From assembly GCA_965214055.1 (NCBI GenBank), contig OZ243931.1, positions 2,900,693 through 2,964,692 of the forward strand: a stretch of DNA of 64,000 nt, given 5' to 3'. How positions within the stretch are numbered: position 1 is the first letter of the stretch; each line of letters starts with the position of its first letter. This document shows, piece after piece, positions 32,591 to 42,590 of the stretch. Source of the stretch: Candidatus Poriferihabitaceae bacterium. GTDB taxonomy: Bacteria; Pseudomonadota; Gammaproteobacteria; Arenicellales; Poriferihabitantaceae. The notes beneath the pieces were generated by a model. That model was given only the letters and a program-made list of their open reading frames with translations, made no database searches and was not told where the DNA came from. The position numbers and the translations under genes were made by a program.

Positions 32591-32982
32591 GGGACCGTTA
32601 CTTCTAAACCAGCTTTCCGGGATCGGTGATCAGAAAATAGGATAACAAATTGTTTATGCGATTGTTTTGTGGCTTTACAACTCGGAAAAATCGCCGATGC
32701 GTGGATGCAATCGACCCATGGATTTTATCACAGACTGGTGGTTATTCGCGCCTTAATTGTGTCCGTTTGCAGGGAGGCAATAATCTGTCCGGTTTCCCGG
32801 AAATTAACAACAAAACAGTGATATTATCTACATTTGCAGACACATCAGAACAACGAAATACGGGATGTTCAGGACCATTACACGATCGACCGCCGTGTTT
32901 GCTACGGTCTGGGCGGAACGCCACAAGGGTGTGAAGCCAAATATCGCAACCCCGGAAAATCCCGGGAAGCGGGGTTTCTGGA

Positions 32983-33402
32983 ATGAAAGGCATGAACAAC
33001 ACCGACGAAATACGCTGGAAACAGAGTCTTGCCAGTTTTAGCCTGACTCTGGCGCAACTCAATGAAGCCTGCGTGCAGGAGTCCTACTCAACCCTCGAAC
33101 GCGTTGGGCTGGTCAAGATGTTCGAGAACTGCTTCAATCTGTCCTGGATCGTACTGAAGGACCTGCTGTTTTACGAGGAATACGAGGAGAAGGTTCCCCG
33201 TTCAGCCATCCGCAGAAGTTTCGCGGTCGAATACATCGACGAGCAGGATTGCGAACTCCTCCTGGAGGCGATGGGCAAACGCAATATCCTGAACCATGCC
33301 TACCAGGAAAGTGCCGCCCGCGAAGCAGAAATGCTCATTAAAAATCGCTACCATCCCGTCCTTGTTCGGCTTCACTCGACACTGAGCGCGAGGGCAACCT
33401 GA
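32983..33402 (+). CDS. HEPN-domain (HI0074-like) toxin / nucleotidyltransferase substrate-binding protein
   Basis: IRWKQ, LKDLLFYE....PRSAIR and RX4HXY motif RNILNHAY. Confidence 0.85.
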   Translation: MKGMNNTDEIRWKQSLASFSLTLAQLNEACVQESYSTLERVGLVKMFENCFNLSWIVLKDLLFYEEYEEKVPRSAIRRSFAVEYIDEQDCELLLEAMGKRNILNHAYQESAAREAEMLIKNRYHPVLVRLHSTLSARAT

Positions 33403-33696
33403 TGACGGGACACTCACCGGGGTGCTATCGTCAACTTGCTCCGCTCCAATGAGCGCGTGGAGCGGGCGGTGCTGTTCGGATCGCGAGCGAGACAAACTTT
33501 TACCCAAGGCTCGGATGTGGACATCGCATTGTTCGGTGAATCTCTGACTACTACGGACCAGGCTCGTCTGGCCGCAGCAATGGAGGAACTGACCGTGCCG
33601 CAAAGGGTCGACCTGCTTTTGTACGACAGGGTCGAAAATGCGTCTTTACGAAAGCATGTCCAACGAGAAGGTGTCGAACTGTACAGAAGGCAATGA
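33402..33696 (+). CDS. MNT (minimal nucleotidyltransferase) antitoxin with an out-of-frame 5' end
   Basis: VLFGSRA-X-SDVDIAL (GSX10DXD) and VDLL are intact. The coupled ATG at 33402 is out of frame with the body; an in-frame TTG is at 33436. Confidence 0.8.
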
Positions 33697-33952
33697 TCTG
33701 TGTACCGATCAAGCAGGTTTCCCCTACTCGGGATACGCTTGCAGGAAACATCGGAGACAACGGGTGGTCGTAAGCGACACAGAAATTCGGCAACGCCTCC
33801 CGTCGCTCCTTTCTGCCGAGCGAGTTCAATTTGTACGGCTGAAAACTCTACGCCGTGAAATGGCCAACGGTAAAGAACTGTAAACACTTCTTCTGCTTCT
33901 TTTTAACGTTTCCGCAGTACCAATCATCTCAATCAATAGGAGCATTAACGTA

Positions 33953-35443
33953 ATGTCGCAGGCATTTTCGAGACGGCAGTTTATTGCCAGTAGTGCAGCT
34001 TTCATCGGTGCAGGCTACTTCCCCTATGGCTGGAGCAAAACGACACCATCTCCGTTACCGATACCCCCTCTGGTTGATGGTCGACAGGGAAGGCCGGTTG
34101 AATTACAAATTCGAAGTGGCACCTGGTCTTTCAAGTCAGGTGTGAATACCCCAACCCTGGGGATTGGCCAGGATTACCTGGGACCAACGATTCGAACCCG
34201 GCAATACAGCGAACTCAATTTGCATTACCAAAACACGCTGACCGAAAGCGTGGCCATACACGGTCACGGCTTGCATGTACCGGGGGAGGTCGATGGTGGG
34301 CCGCAACTGGCCATCAAGCCTGATGCCGATTGGCAACCGAGTTTGTCCATCGTGCAACCCGCAGCGACCTGCTGGTATCACTCCCACACCCACGGCAAAA
34401 CCGGCGAACAGGTTTATCATGGACTTGCGGGCCTGATCATCATCGATGACGAACAGACCGACTCACTGCCGCTACCGCACCAATATGGCGTCGATGATTT
34501 ACCCATTATCATCCAGGACCGAACCTTCGATGCACAAGGCCGTTTCGTCTATTCACTGTACGACGCAGGCGAGGACGGCTGGCTGGGTGACACCGTGGTC
34601 ATCAACGGCGCCATCGCACCGGTTGCCAAAGTGCCTGCTGGCAAAGTTCGACTGCGGCTTCTAAACGGCGCCAATGCGCGGTTTTATATCGTCGGCTTTG
34701 CCGATAACCGCACGTTTTACAAAATAGCCAGTGATGGCGGTTTACTGGAAGCACCAGTGCCATTAACAACCATGGAAATGTCACCGGGGGAGCGTTGTGA
34801 AATTGTTGTTGACATGACCGATGGAAATCCCGCCGGACTACTGACCCTGTTCGAAGATGAATTTGACGACGACGAGGAAAGCCTTGTCGGCAGGTTGTTG
34901 GGCCTGTTCGACCGGTCCGAGAGAGACCTTCCGCCGCCGTCGCTGACATTGGTCGTTGACAGGACCCTGCCAGCACATACCGCGCCGCTGCCTGAACAGC
35001 TGGCTACCATTGTCCGCCCACAACCCAAAGAAATCGTGCGGTCCCGTGATTTCATGCTCACTATGGAGGATGGTGGGGGTATTGAAAACGGCGAGAGCCA
35101 TGGTGCTATGAATATGGCCATTAACGGTGCGTCGATGGACATGAACGTTATTAATGAACGGGTTCAACGCGGCATCTGGGAACGGTGGCGCATTCGTTCC
35201 AACCAGGGTGAACACCCGTTTCATGTGCACGGCTGCTCGTTCCTGATAGAGCAAATGGAAGGTACAACGGCGCCGCCGGACCAGCGGGGCTGGAAAGATA
35301 CAGTGGTGCTGGATGACGACGACTGGTCAGAGATTGTCGTGCGCTTCGATCATCCGGCAACCGATCGATATCCCTACATGTACCACTGCCACATTCTGGA
35401 GCATGAGGACCGTGGCATGATGGGACAGTTCACCGTGGGTTGA
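33953..35443 (+). CDS. Tat-exported three-domain multicopper oxidase (CueO-like)
   Basis: Tat motif SRRQFI and copper motifs HGHG, WYHSH, HPFHVHG, HCHILEHEDRGMM. AGGAG RBS. Confidence 0.92.
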   Translation: MSQAFSRRQFIASSAAFIGAGYFPYGWSKTTPSPLPIPPLVDGRQGRPVELQIRSGTWSFKSGVNTPTLGIGQDYLGPTIRTRQYSELNLHYQNTLTESVAIHGHGLHVPGEVDGGPQLAIKPDADWQPSLSIVQPAATCWYHSHTHGKTGEQVYHGLAGLIIIDDEQTDSLPLPHQYGVDDLPIIIQDRTFDAQGRFVYSLYDAGEDGWLGDTVVINGAIAPVAKVPAGKVRLRLLNGANARFYIVGFADNRTFYKIASDGGLLEAPVPLTTMEMSPGERCEIVVDMTDGNPAGLLTLFEDEFDDDEESLVGRLLGLFDRSERDLPPPSLTLVVDRTLPAHTAPLPEQLATIVRPQPKEIVRSRDFMLTMEDGGGIENGESHGAMNMAINGASMDMNVINERVQRGIWERWRIRSNQGEHPFHVHGCSFLIEQMEGTTAPPDQRGWKDTVVLDDDDWSEIVVRFDHPATDRYPYMYHCHILEHEDRGMMGQFTVG

Positions 35444-35571
35444 TTCCACCTGGCCATCAACTGCAATTTGGCAACGAGAAAAAACCAATGTTTGGGGTAC
35501 GTGCATCTACTCATGGCGCGTCGATTGAAGGGTAGCCTCGATGTCCTTGTCAAAGGCCAGGAGAATTTCTT

Positions 35572-36541
35572 CTAAATGTTAAATGCTGATGCCATGAACC
35601 GTTGTTCGCTCCGGCTGATGCCTGCATTCGTGGCTGCCTCCTGCCACTTGCTGACACTTTCCAGAACCTGGCTTTTGATCTCGTCCGATTCAGAATAATC
35701 GAGCTGAAAAAAATCAATAACTTCCAAGGCAAGATTGTAGTCCAGCTGGGTCATTGCTGAGGTAAAATGCCGCCGACTCTCCGGTGTACGGTCAAAACGT
35801 TTGGTTAAGAATGTATGGTAGTGGCTGTTAAACCTTTCGATACGGCACTCGGCCATATCAATGTGAGCATCTATGGCCAGTTGATACGTGACAAATTCCC
35901 AGGCTTCAATATTGTAATCGTCGTGACGACTAGGAAACTTTGCAATCCAGAGTTGCTCTTTTTCATCGATAACACTGGCTTTGGCCGGGCCCCTCCCAGG
36001 GAAGATCCCGGCAAAATGAGCATGTACAGACATTTCAAGTACTCTGAATCGGTGGCATCCCCGTTGCCCTCCACCTGTAATGCCGCATGCTCAAGCTCTT
36101 TCAACGATGAAATGGGCGGAACGGCCAGTTTTTTATCATGATCCAAGAATTCACCATCCAGTGATCTCTTGAATCTCAATGCGCCCGGCCGGTATCGGTC
36201 CTGCACACCGAGCAAATAATCCATCTCATGAAGTACGCGAGGGCGTCTTTTTTCCTGGAGAGCGATGATTGCTTCCCGCCGCTTCATCAGTAAACGACCC
36301 CAACGATCAGGGCATGAAATCAGGAAAACCCGGAAGTTTTTCGAGTCTTCTCTATATTGTTCCCCTGAATAGAGATTCAAATCCGGGTCGATTCGCTGGG
36401 CATACTCGGATTGGAGCCAGCCATTGTCGTAACGGAAGCAGAAATGTTCTTTGGTTTTGATAAGGGTTGAGCGTAATGTGCCCACCAACATTGGCTCTGG
36501 GACTCCTCCCAATCCGCGAATACATGGACTTCCGTGCTCAT
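35572..36541 (-). pseudogene. hipA: HipA-family kinase toxin, frameshifted and internally deleted
   Basis: Starts MSTEVHVFADWEE. Frameshifts near 36500 and 36000. Retains PDRWGR.LM, GALRF, SSLGG/ARPKA, WIAKFPS and KRFDR. The catalytic segment is missing after AMTQLDY. Confidence 0.88.
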
Positions 36542-36864
36542 CGAACTTTCCCTCTCTGATTGCCCAGTAACTTGATATCCTGTAGCTTTCGGCCCAGTTC
36601 ATCGTCATTGGCCACTTGGGCGAAATCTTCTACTAAACCCAAAACGCTGAGCACTGCGACATAGTGGCCAATGGAAACTTTGGAGTTTCCCTGTTCGATC
36701 TTGCGAATCGTCAGTCGGCTTAAGCCTGTCCGCTCTGAAATCTGACTTTGAGTGTAACCACGACGTTTGTAAGCGAGCTTAATATTCTCTCCCAGCTGTT
36801 CCAGAATTTTTCGATTCCTGGGGAAAACCACAGCGCTTCTTTTGGTGATATCTTTTTTGATCAT
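36538..36864 (-). CDS. HipB-like XRE/HTH antitoxin
   Basis: LGENIKLA.KRR..TQ..ISERTGLSR.TIRKIE.G and DDELGRKLQD. Overlaps the hipA start (ATGA). Confidence 0.85.
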   Translation of the reverse strand: MIKKDITKRSAVVFPRNRKILEQLGENIKLAYKRRGYTQSQISERTGLSRLTIRKIEQGNSKVSIGHYVAVLSVLGLVEDFAQVANDDELGRKLQDIKLLGNQRGKVR

Positions 36865-36959
36865 TATGTTTACTAATATATCATAATATGATAACTATAG
36901 TGATCATTTTTTTATTTTCAACTATATCGATGAAACCTCAGCAATTCTAATTTTGGAAT

Positions 36960-37369
36960 TACCACGGTGGTCTTTCCGATAATGGCCCAGTGCTGTTTGT
37001 TCTGAACGGGGGCAGCATAAAACCCTTGATGATGAATTCTTTCAGGGTTTTGGTTGCCCATATGCGGAACTGAGTGGCGAGCTATCAACCCGATATCCAA
37101 CGGCAATGATGGCATCGAGGTTGTAATATTTGGTTTTGTAGTTTTTGCCATCGGCGGCAGTTGTTTCCAAAATGGAAACAACTGAATCCTGAATTAGTTC
37201 GCCGGATTCAACGATATTTTTAAGAAGCTTACTGACAGCCGGACCTTTACATTGAACAGCTCGGCCAAGAGCTTCTGGGTCAATCAGAAATTCTCATCGT
37301 GAAACACTACACCGACTTTTTATCGCCGTCCGGGGTGCCGTAAAGGATGATTTTGCTGATTTGATTCAT
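36960..37369 (-). pseudogene. RhuM/virulence-family DNA-binding protein remnant
   Basis: Reads across frameshifts as IILYGTPDG, (W>stop)LTQK.LAELF, KNI.ESGEL...SVVSILETTAADGKNYKTKYYNLDAIIAVGYRV, TQFRIWATKTLKEFIIKGF. It then jumps to VQNK.HWAI.GKT. Confidence 0.82.
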
Positions 37370-37666
37370 ACTTCTCCCCCAGGGATGCGCTTTGCCAGCT
37401 CTTCAACAATCCGGTCAACGTTGGTTTATTCAAGAGTGCTTTCGGAGGTCTTAATCATTTCAACAACCCCTACTAATTTTAATGTTCTCCCGTGCCATTG
37501 TTGCACTTCACACTGGCTGCGGGGAATCTATTAACTCATCCCAAAACTAAGTCGCCTGAACAGCTCAGACCCCGCACCATGACCTATACTCCGAAACCCT
37601 GTTATCCTTCTTCAGCACTTCTGACTGACTCTGAGTACAGCGATTGAAATATCCATAGAAAAGCAC

Positions 37667-37830
37667 TCATTGCTTCAGGCTCACTTCAGGATTGGAAAAC
37701 ACTCTATCCTCGAAGCGAAACACCACGCGCCAGTTATTGAATACGCGAACGCTCCTCTGCCCTATGCGGCCGCCCTTCAAAGGATGCAGCCGGAAGCGTG
37801 GTGGTCTGCACTTCGCTCTGGTGCTGCTTT
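37667..37830 (-). pseudogene. HigB/RelE-type toxin C-terminal fragment
   Basis: Translates as PRFRLHPLKGGRIGQRSVRVFNNWRVVFRFED, matching the HigB pattern LHPLKG....WSV.V..NWR..FRF. No start codon and no antitoxin. Confidence 0.72.
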
Positions 37831-37864
37831 AACAATACCCTTCACCTTCCCGTCCCGATCCTCC

Positions 37865-39142
37865 TCATCCGGCCCCTGATGTCACATCCCGCCATAAACC
37901 GTCAAACCGGGCCTGGGACCGGAGCCATCCCATAATCGCCGGGTCCATTTTCACTTTCATAGTAATAGTGCCACATTCATCCGTATTTTCTTCCAGAATC
38001 TCGCAACGCTGATAAAGCCTCGACCGGAGTTCTCCTGCCTCGGGCTGCAGGTTAATCTGGTAATAGACGTGTCCCCGCCCCAAGACATCACTCAACGCAT
38101 TGGTCAGCAAATCGATCCCATCTCCGGTGTATGCGGACAACCAAACCCCCTCTGCACGTTCCTGGCCATTCGATTTCCGCCGTGCCCGATCGCCGGTCAG
38201 GTCAATTTTATTGTAGACGTGGAGCACGGGAATCTCCCCGGCACCAATCTCGTCCAGAACCTGCTGGACATGGTGCTGCAATTCCCGGTGCCCGGAATTG
38301 GAAAGATCACTGACCAGCACCAGACAACTGGCGTTGGCCACCTCTTCCAGCGTTGCATGGAATGCCGCAACCAGACTATGCGGCAACCCCTGTATGAAAC
38401 CAACGGTATCCGACAGGACCACCGGCCCGAAGCCGGGCACTTCCAGACGCCGCATGGTGGGATCCAGGGTCGCAAACAGCTTGTTGGCCACCAGCACATT
38501 CGATTTTGTGAGCGCATTGAACAGGGAAGACTTTCCGGCATTGGTATACCCGACCAGCGAGACCGTCGGGATGGGAGTACGGTGCCTGGCCCGTCGTCGC
38601 AGGGCCCGTTGCGATTCGACTTTTTTCAGCCTCCGGGTCAGGTTCTTGATTCGCTGGCCGACCAGCCTTCGGTCGGTTTCCAATTGGGATTCACCGGGGC
38701 CACGAAGGCCGATCCCTCCTTTCTGGCGTTCCAGATGGGTCCACCCCCGAACCAGGCGGGTCGAAAGATGGGTTAGTTGTGCCAGTTCAACCTGCAACTT
38801 GCCTTCACTGGAGGTCGCACGTTGGGCAAAAATATCGAGAATAAGTCCCGTACGGTCCAAGACCCGGCATTCCACAATCCTTTCGATATTCCGTTCCTGG
38901 ACCGGGCTGATATCGTGATCAAAAATGATCACCGTCGCACAGTGAACCCGAACCAGGCTGGCAAGCTCCTCGACCTTCCCCTTGCCGAGATAGGTTGCCG
39001 CAACCGGCCTGGCCCGCACCGTCAGGAGTTCGGTGCAGACGCAGGCGCCGGCCGACACGGCCAGTTCTCTCAATTCAGACAGCGGGTTTTCGTGTTCCGG
39101 CCGACTGTGTTCCATCTGCCGAACCAGAATGGCCCGTTCCAC
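37865..39142 (-). CDS. hflX: Ribosome rescue GTPase HflX
   Basis: DRTGLILDIFAQRA, GLRGPGESQLETDRR, GYTNAGKS, LFATLDPT, DTVGFI and NKID. Confidence 0.97.
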   Translation of the reverse strand: MERAILVRQMEHSRPEHENPLSELRELAVSAGACVCTELLTVRARPVAATYLGKGKVEELASLVRVHCATVIIFDHDISPVQERNIERIVECRVLDRTGLILDIFAQRATSSEGKLQVELAQLTHLSTRLVRGWTHLERQKGGIGLRGPGESQLETDRRLVGQRIKNLTRRLKKVESQRALRRRARHRTPIPTVSLVGYTNAGKSSLFNALTKSNVLVANKLFATLDPTMRRLEVPGFGPVVLSDTVGFIQGLPHSLVAAFHATLEEVANASCLVLVSDLSNSGHRELQHHVQQVLDEIGAGEIPVLHVYNKIDLTGDRARRKSNGQERAEGVWLSAYTGDGIDLLTNALSDVLGRGHVYYQINLQPEAGELRSRLYQRCEILEENTDECGTITMKVKMDPAIMGWLRSQARFDGLWRDVTSGAG

Positions 39143-39226
39143 ATTTCCAGGCCCTGCACCCGGGTTGTCCTTTTCTATTTGCGTGAACAGCGTCCGATGC
39201 CCCCTGAGTTCCCGCCCAAAGTGATC

Positions 39227-39496
39227 TCAAATATAATTGCCATCCGATTCCCCCACCTCTGTACCGTCTCCGTCCTGGGGAATACGAATCATGCGTCCAG
39301 GCACGATCGTGGAGATGGCATGCTTGTAAATCATCTGGTTTACCGTGTTGCGAAGCAAAATTACAAACTGGTCAAACGATTCCACTTGACCCTGAAGTTT
39401 AATCCCGTTGACCAAAAATATGGAAACCGGGACCCGCTCCTTTCGCAATATATTCAAAAACGGATCCTGTAAGACCATTCCTCTTTGTTGTGCCAT
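39227..39496 (-). CDS. hfq: RNA chaperone Hfq
   Basis: [28 protein letters not shown] and [13 protein letters not shown]. Confidence 0.98.
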   Translation of the reverse strand: MAQQRGMVLQDPFLNILRKERVPVSIFLVNGIKLQGQVESFDQFVILLRNTVNQMIYKHAISTIVPGRMIRIPQDGDGTEVGESDGNYI

Positions 39497-39796
39497 TTTC
39501 TTCACCTGTTGGTTGCTATAATTGTTATGGATGGGCATCCTGTTTCAGGTCGGTCACCCGCCCGTATATCCAGTCGCCCATCTCATATTGTAAAGCATCC
39601 GGGCATTGGTTGTGGAAATGGCTTCCGGGCCACCTGAAATCCCCGGTTGGTATTCTGACCGGTGAGGCCATGGCCGGACAGTTGGCATGCGGAACACGCT
39701 GACCCATCCGGCCACCGAACCTGGTCGGTGAAACGTGAATTTACCCTGTCCGGGCATCCCGGCCCGGAACACAGTCCATGCTGAAAACCCCGACTG

Positions 39797-40783
39797 TCAT
39801 GGCCTGATCACCGATGGCCCCATTTGGAATGCACCCTCCAGAAAATCGACCATGGAATTCACGAGCCTTTTCTGGCTTTTTTCAAACCATACCAGGTTGG
39901 ACTGGTTCCGCATCCAGGTCAGTTGCCGCTTGGCCAGCTGACGGGTTGCCGCCTGCCCGTTCCCAATCATGTCCGCGTACGGCACCGTGCCGTCCAAATA
40001 GTCCAGTACCTGGCGATAGCCCACGGAACGCAGGGCCGGCAACGATCTGGAACACCCCGGTTCCGCGGCCAGGGCCCTGACTTCATCCACCAGTCCCCGT
40101 TCCAGCATTTTCCGGAACCGTTCCCCGATTTCATGGTGCAGGGTTTTCCGGTCTCCGCTAAAGACCCCCAGCTTGATCACGGGGTGTTTCAGGGCATTGT
40201 CCATCGCCTCCCCTTTTAACCGGGATGGTGGCAGCCCGGTCAGTCGAAGTACCTCAATGGCCCGCTGGATTCTCTGGGAGTCCGTCGGAGACAATCGATG
40301 GGCCGTTTCCCGGTCTGCAGCGGCCAGTTCCTCATACAGGGCTGCGAGGCCATTTTCCCGGATATCCTGCCGGATCTGTTTTCGCAGCACCGGATCAGCC
40401 CCGGGCAGGGTGGACAATCCATTTTTCAGGGCGGAGAAATAAAACATGGTACCCCCCACCAGTACGGGCACCCTGCCCTGTTGGGCGATTTGCGCGATTA
40501 GGGCCGTGGCATCCCGGCTGAAGTCCGCGGCCGAATAGGGTTGGGAAATTTCCCGGATATCGATGAGGTGATGGGGCGTTCGGGCCAGAAATTCCGCATC
40601 CGGCTTCGCCGTCCCGATGTTCATCCCCCGGTACACCTGGGCGGCATCCACACTGATCAACTCGCAGTCCATGCGTTCATGCAACTGACTGGCGATTTCG
40701 GTTTTGCCCGTTGCCGTTGGGCCCATCAGGAAGATCACCGGAGATCGGCTACCGTCCACGCATGAACCACTTGTCGATTTCAC
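39797..40783 (-). CDS. miaA: tRNA dimethylallyltransferase
   Basis: MGPTATGKT, ISVDAAQVYRGMNIGTAKP, VGGTMFY and TRQLAKRQLTW. Confidence 0.96.
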   Translation of the reverse strand: MKSTSGSCVDGSRSPVIFLMGPTATGKTEIASQLHERMDCELISVDAAQVYRGMNIGTAKPDAEFLARTPHHLIDIREISQPYSAADFSRDATALIAQIAQQGRVPVLVGGTMFYFSALKNGLSTLPGADPVLRKQIRQDIRENGLAALYEELAAADRETAHRLSPTDSQRIQRAIEVLRLTGLPPSRLKGEAMDNALKHPVIKLGVFSGDRKTLHHEIGERFRKMLERGLVDEVRALAAEPGCSRSLPALRSVGYRQVLDYLDGTVPYADMIGNGQAATRQLAKRQLTWMRNQSNLVWFEKSQKRLVNSMVDFLEGAFQMGPSVIRP

Positions 40784-42590
40784 TCAGCGAGACACTCATC
40801 CAGGTGGGCCTGCCGTGGTTGCATTGACCGGAACGCTCCACCCGTTCCATTTCCCGGAGCAAGGCGTTCATTTCCGTTACTTCCAGTTTGCGGTTGGCCC
40901 GTACCGAACCGTGACAGGCCACGCTGGACAGGATTTCATGCTGGGAATCGGTAATGCGGCTGCTGTCGCCAAATTCGATGAGATCGGACAACACATCCCT
41001 CACCAATGTTTCAATATTGTGGTGGACCAGCATCTCCGGCACAGCCCGCACGGCCACCGTTTCCTCGCCAAGGCAGGCGACCTCAAAACCGAGCTCCGCA
41101 AACCGGGGAATAAACGATTCTGCCGCCGCCGCTTCCTGCCGGCTGACGGTGATCTGCACCGGCACCAGCAATGGCTGGGAATTCATGGCCTGGTCGTCCA
41201 TTTTCTGTTTCAGGGATTCATACGTGATCCTCTCATGGGCCGCATGCATGTCCACCATGATCAGCCCATCGCGGTTTTCCGCTAGGATATAAACGCCTTT
41301 CAACTGCGCGATGGCATACCCCAGAGGCGGCACCTCATCCGGACTTTCAGTGCCGACCGGACCGGACTGCGTTTCCGGAGTCCCCGCATCCCGGAATGAC
41401 CCCAGCATGGACTCGTAGGTGTCGATCTGGTTCTCCACCATCATCCTGATATTCTGCTGGGCTGTCTGCGAACCATATCCTCCCGCAAAAGAGGATTGGG
41501 GGCGCATCCCGGCGGGTGAGGGCAGTCCGACTGCACTGGATTCGGGTGACAGGCCGGCAATGGCCCGGTGCAGGGTCCGGTAGATATACTCATGCACCGC
41601 CCCGCTTTCCCGAAATCTCACTTCGCTTTTTGCAGGATGTACATTGACATCCACCAGTTCGGGCCGAATGTTCAGGTACAGGACAAAAGCGGGATGACGC
41701 CCATGATACAGCACATCATTGTACGCCCGGCGCACGGCATGGGAAATCAGTCCATCTTTCACCGCCCGGCCATTGACGAAAAAATACTGCAGGTCCCGCT
41801 GGCTCCTGGAAAACGAGGGCAACCCCATCCAGCCCGACAGCGCCATGACTTCCACATCCTCTTCAATCCATATACTCTGCTCCGAAAACGGGTTTCCGCA
41901 GATGTCCGCAATCCTTTTCTGTCTCTCCGGGTCGCTGTTACAGGCAGGCAGGTTCAGGATTGCCCGGTTGTCATGACGAAGCACGATGCCGACGCCGAAA
42001 TGACTCAGCGCCATTTTGCGGACCACATCCTGGCAGTGGCGGAACTCGGTTTTTTCCGTTCTCAGGAATTTCCTGCGCGCCGGAGTGCTGTAGAACAGGT
42101 CCTGGACATCCACCGTCGTCCCCTGCGGATGCGAGACCGGCCGGGGTGGCGAAGGTTGCCGGCCACCCTGGACGGCCAGTTCCGCCCCGGCCTCCTGATC
42201 GGCGGTTTTCGAGCGCACCACCAGCTTGGATACAGCGGCAATGCTGGGCAGCGCTTCTCCACGAAAACCCAGGGTGGCAATCCGGAACAGGTCATCCACC
42301 GAGGACAGCTTGCTGGTGGCATGCCTGGACAGTGCCAGTTCAAGCTGATCCTCACCGATCCCGCAACCGTTGTCCCGCACCTGGATCCGTTTGATCCCGC
42401 CCCGCTCCACCTGGACTTCAACTCTCGAAGCCCCGGCATCGATACTGTTTTCGAGCAGTTCCTTCAGCAGGGAAGCCGGTCTTTCAATGACTTCCCCGGC
42501 CGCAATCTGGTTGACGAGTCGGTCGTCCAGTTGAACAATTCTGTCCGGATCCGGGCCCGGTTCCGCTGAAATTCGAGAATCAGTAGGCAT
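40749..42590 (-). CDS. mutL: DNA mismatch repair protein MutL
   Basis: NQIAAGEVIERP, RHATSK and LGFRGEAL. Endonuclease motifs DMHAAHER, ACH and CNHGRP. Confidence 0.97.
   Translation of the reverse strand: MPTDSRISAEPGPDPDRIVQLDDRLVNQIAAGEVIERPASLLKELLENSIDAGASRVEVQVERGGIKRIQVRDNGCGIGEDQLELALSRHATSKLSSVDDLFRIATLGFRGEALPSIAAVSKLVVRSKTADQEAGAELAVQGGRQPSPPRPVSHPQGTTVDVQDLFYSTPARRKFLRTEKTEFRHCQDVVRKMALSHFGVGIVLRHDNRAILNLPACNSDPERQKRIADICGNPFSEQSIWIEEDVEVMALSGWMGLPSFSRSQRDLQYFFVNGRAVKDGLISHAVRRAYNDVLYHGRHPAFVLYLNIRPELVDVNVHPAKSEVRFRESGAVHEYIYRTLHRAIAGLSPESSAVGLPSPAGMRPQSSFAGGYGSQTAQQNIRMMVENQIDTYESMLGSFRDAGTPETQSGPVGTESPDEVPPLGYAIAQLKGVYILAENRDGLIMVDMHAAHERITYESLKQKMDDQAMNSQPLLVPVQITVSRQEAAAAESFIPRFAELGFEVACLGEETVAVRAVPEMLVHHNIETLVRDVLSDLIEFGDSSRITDSQHEILSSVACHGSVRANRKLEVTEMNALLREMERVERSGQCNHGRPTWMSVSLSEIDKWFMRGR

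Larger units (their letters stand above)
32860..37860. mobile_element. Decayed accessory/defence island between gyrA and hflX
   Basis: Lower GC and fewer CCGG than the flanks. Holds TA and R-M-associated relics. No integrase or att repeats were seen. Confidence 0.6.
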
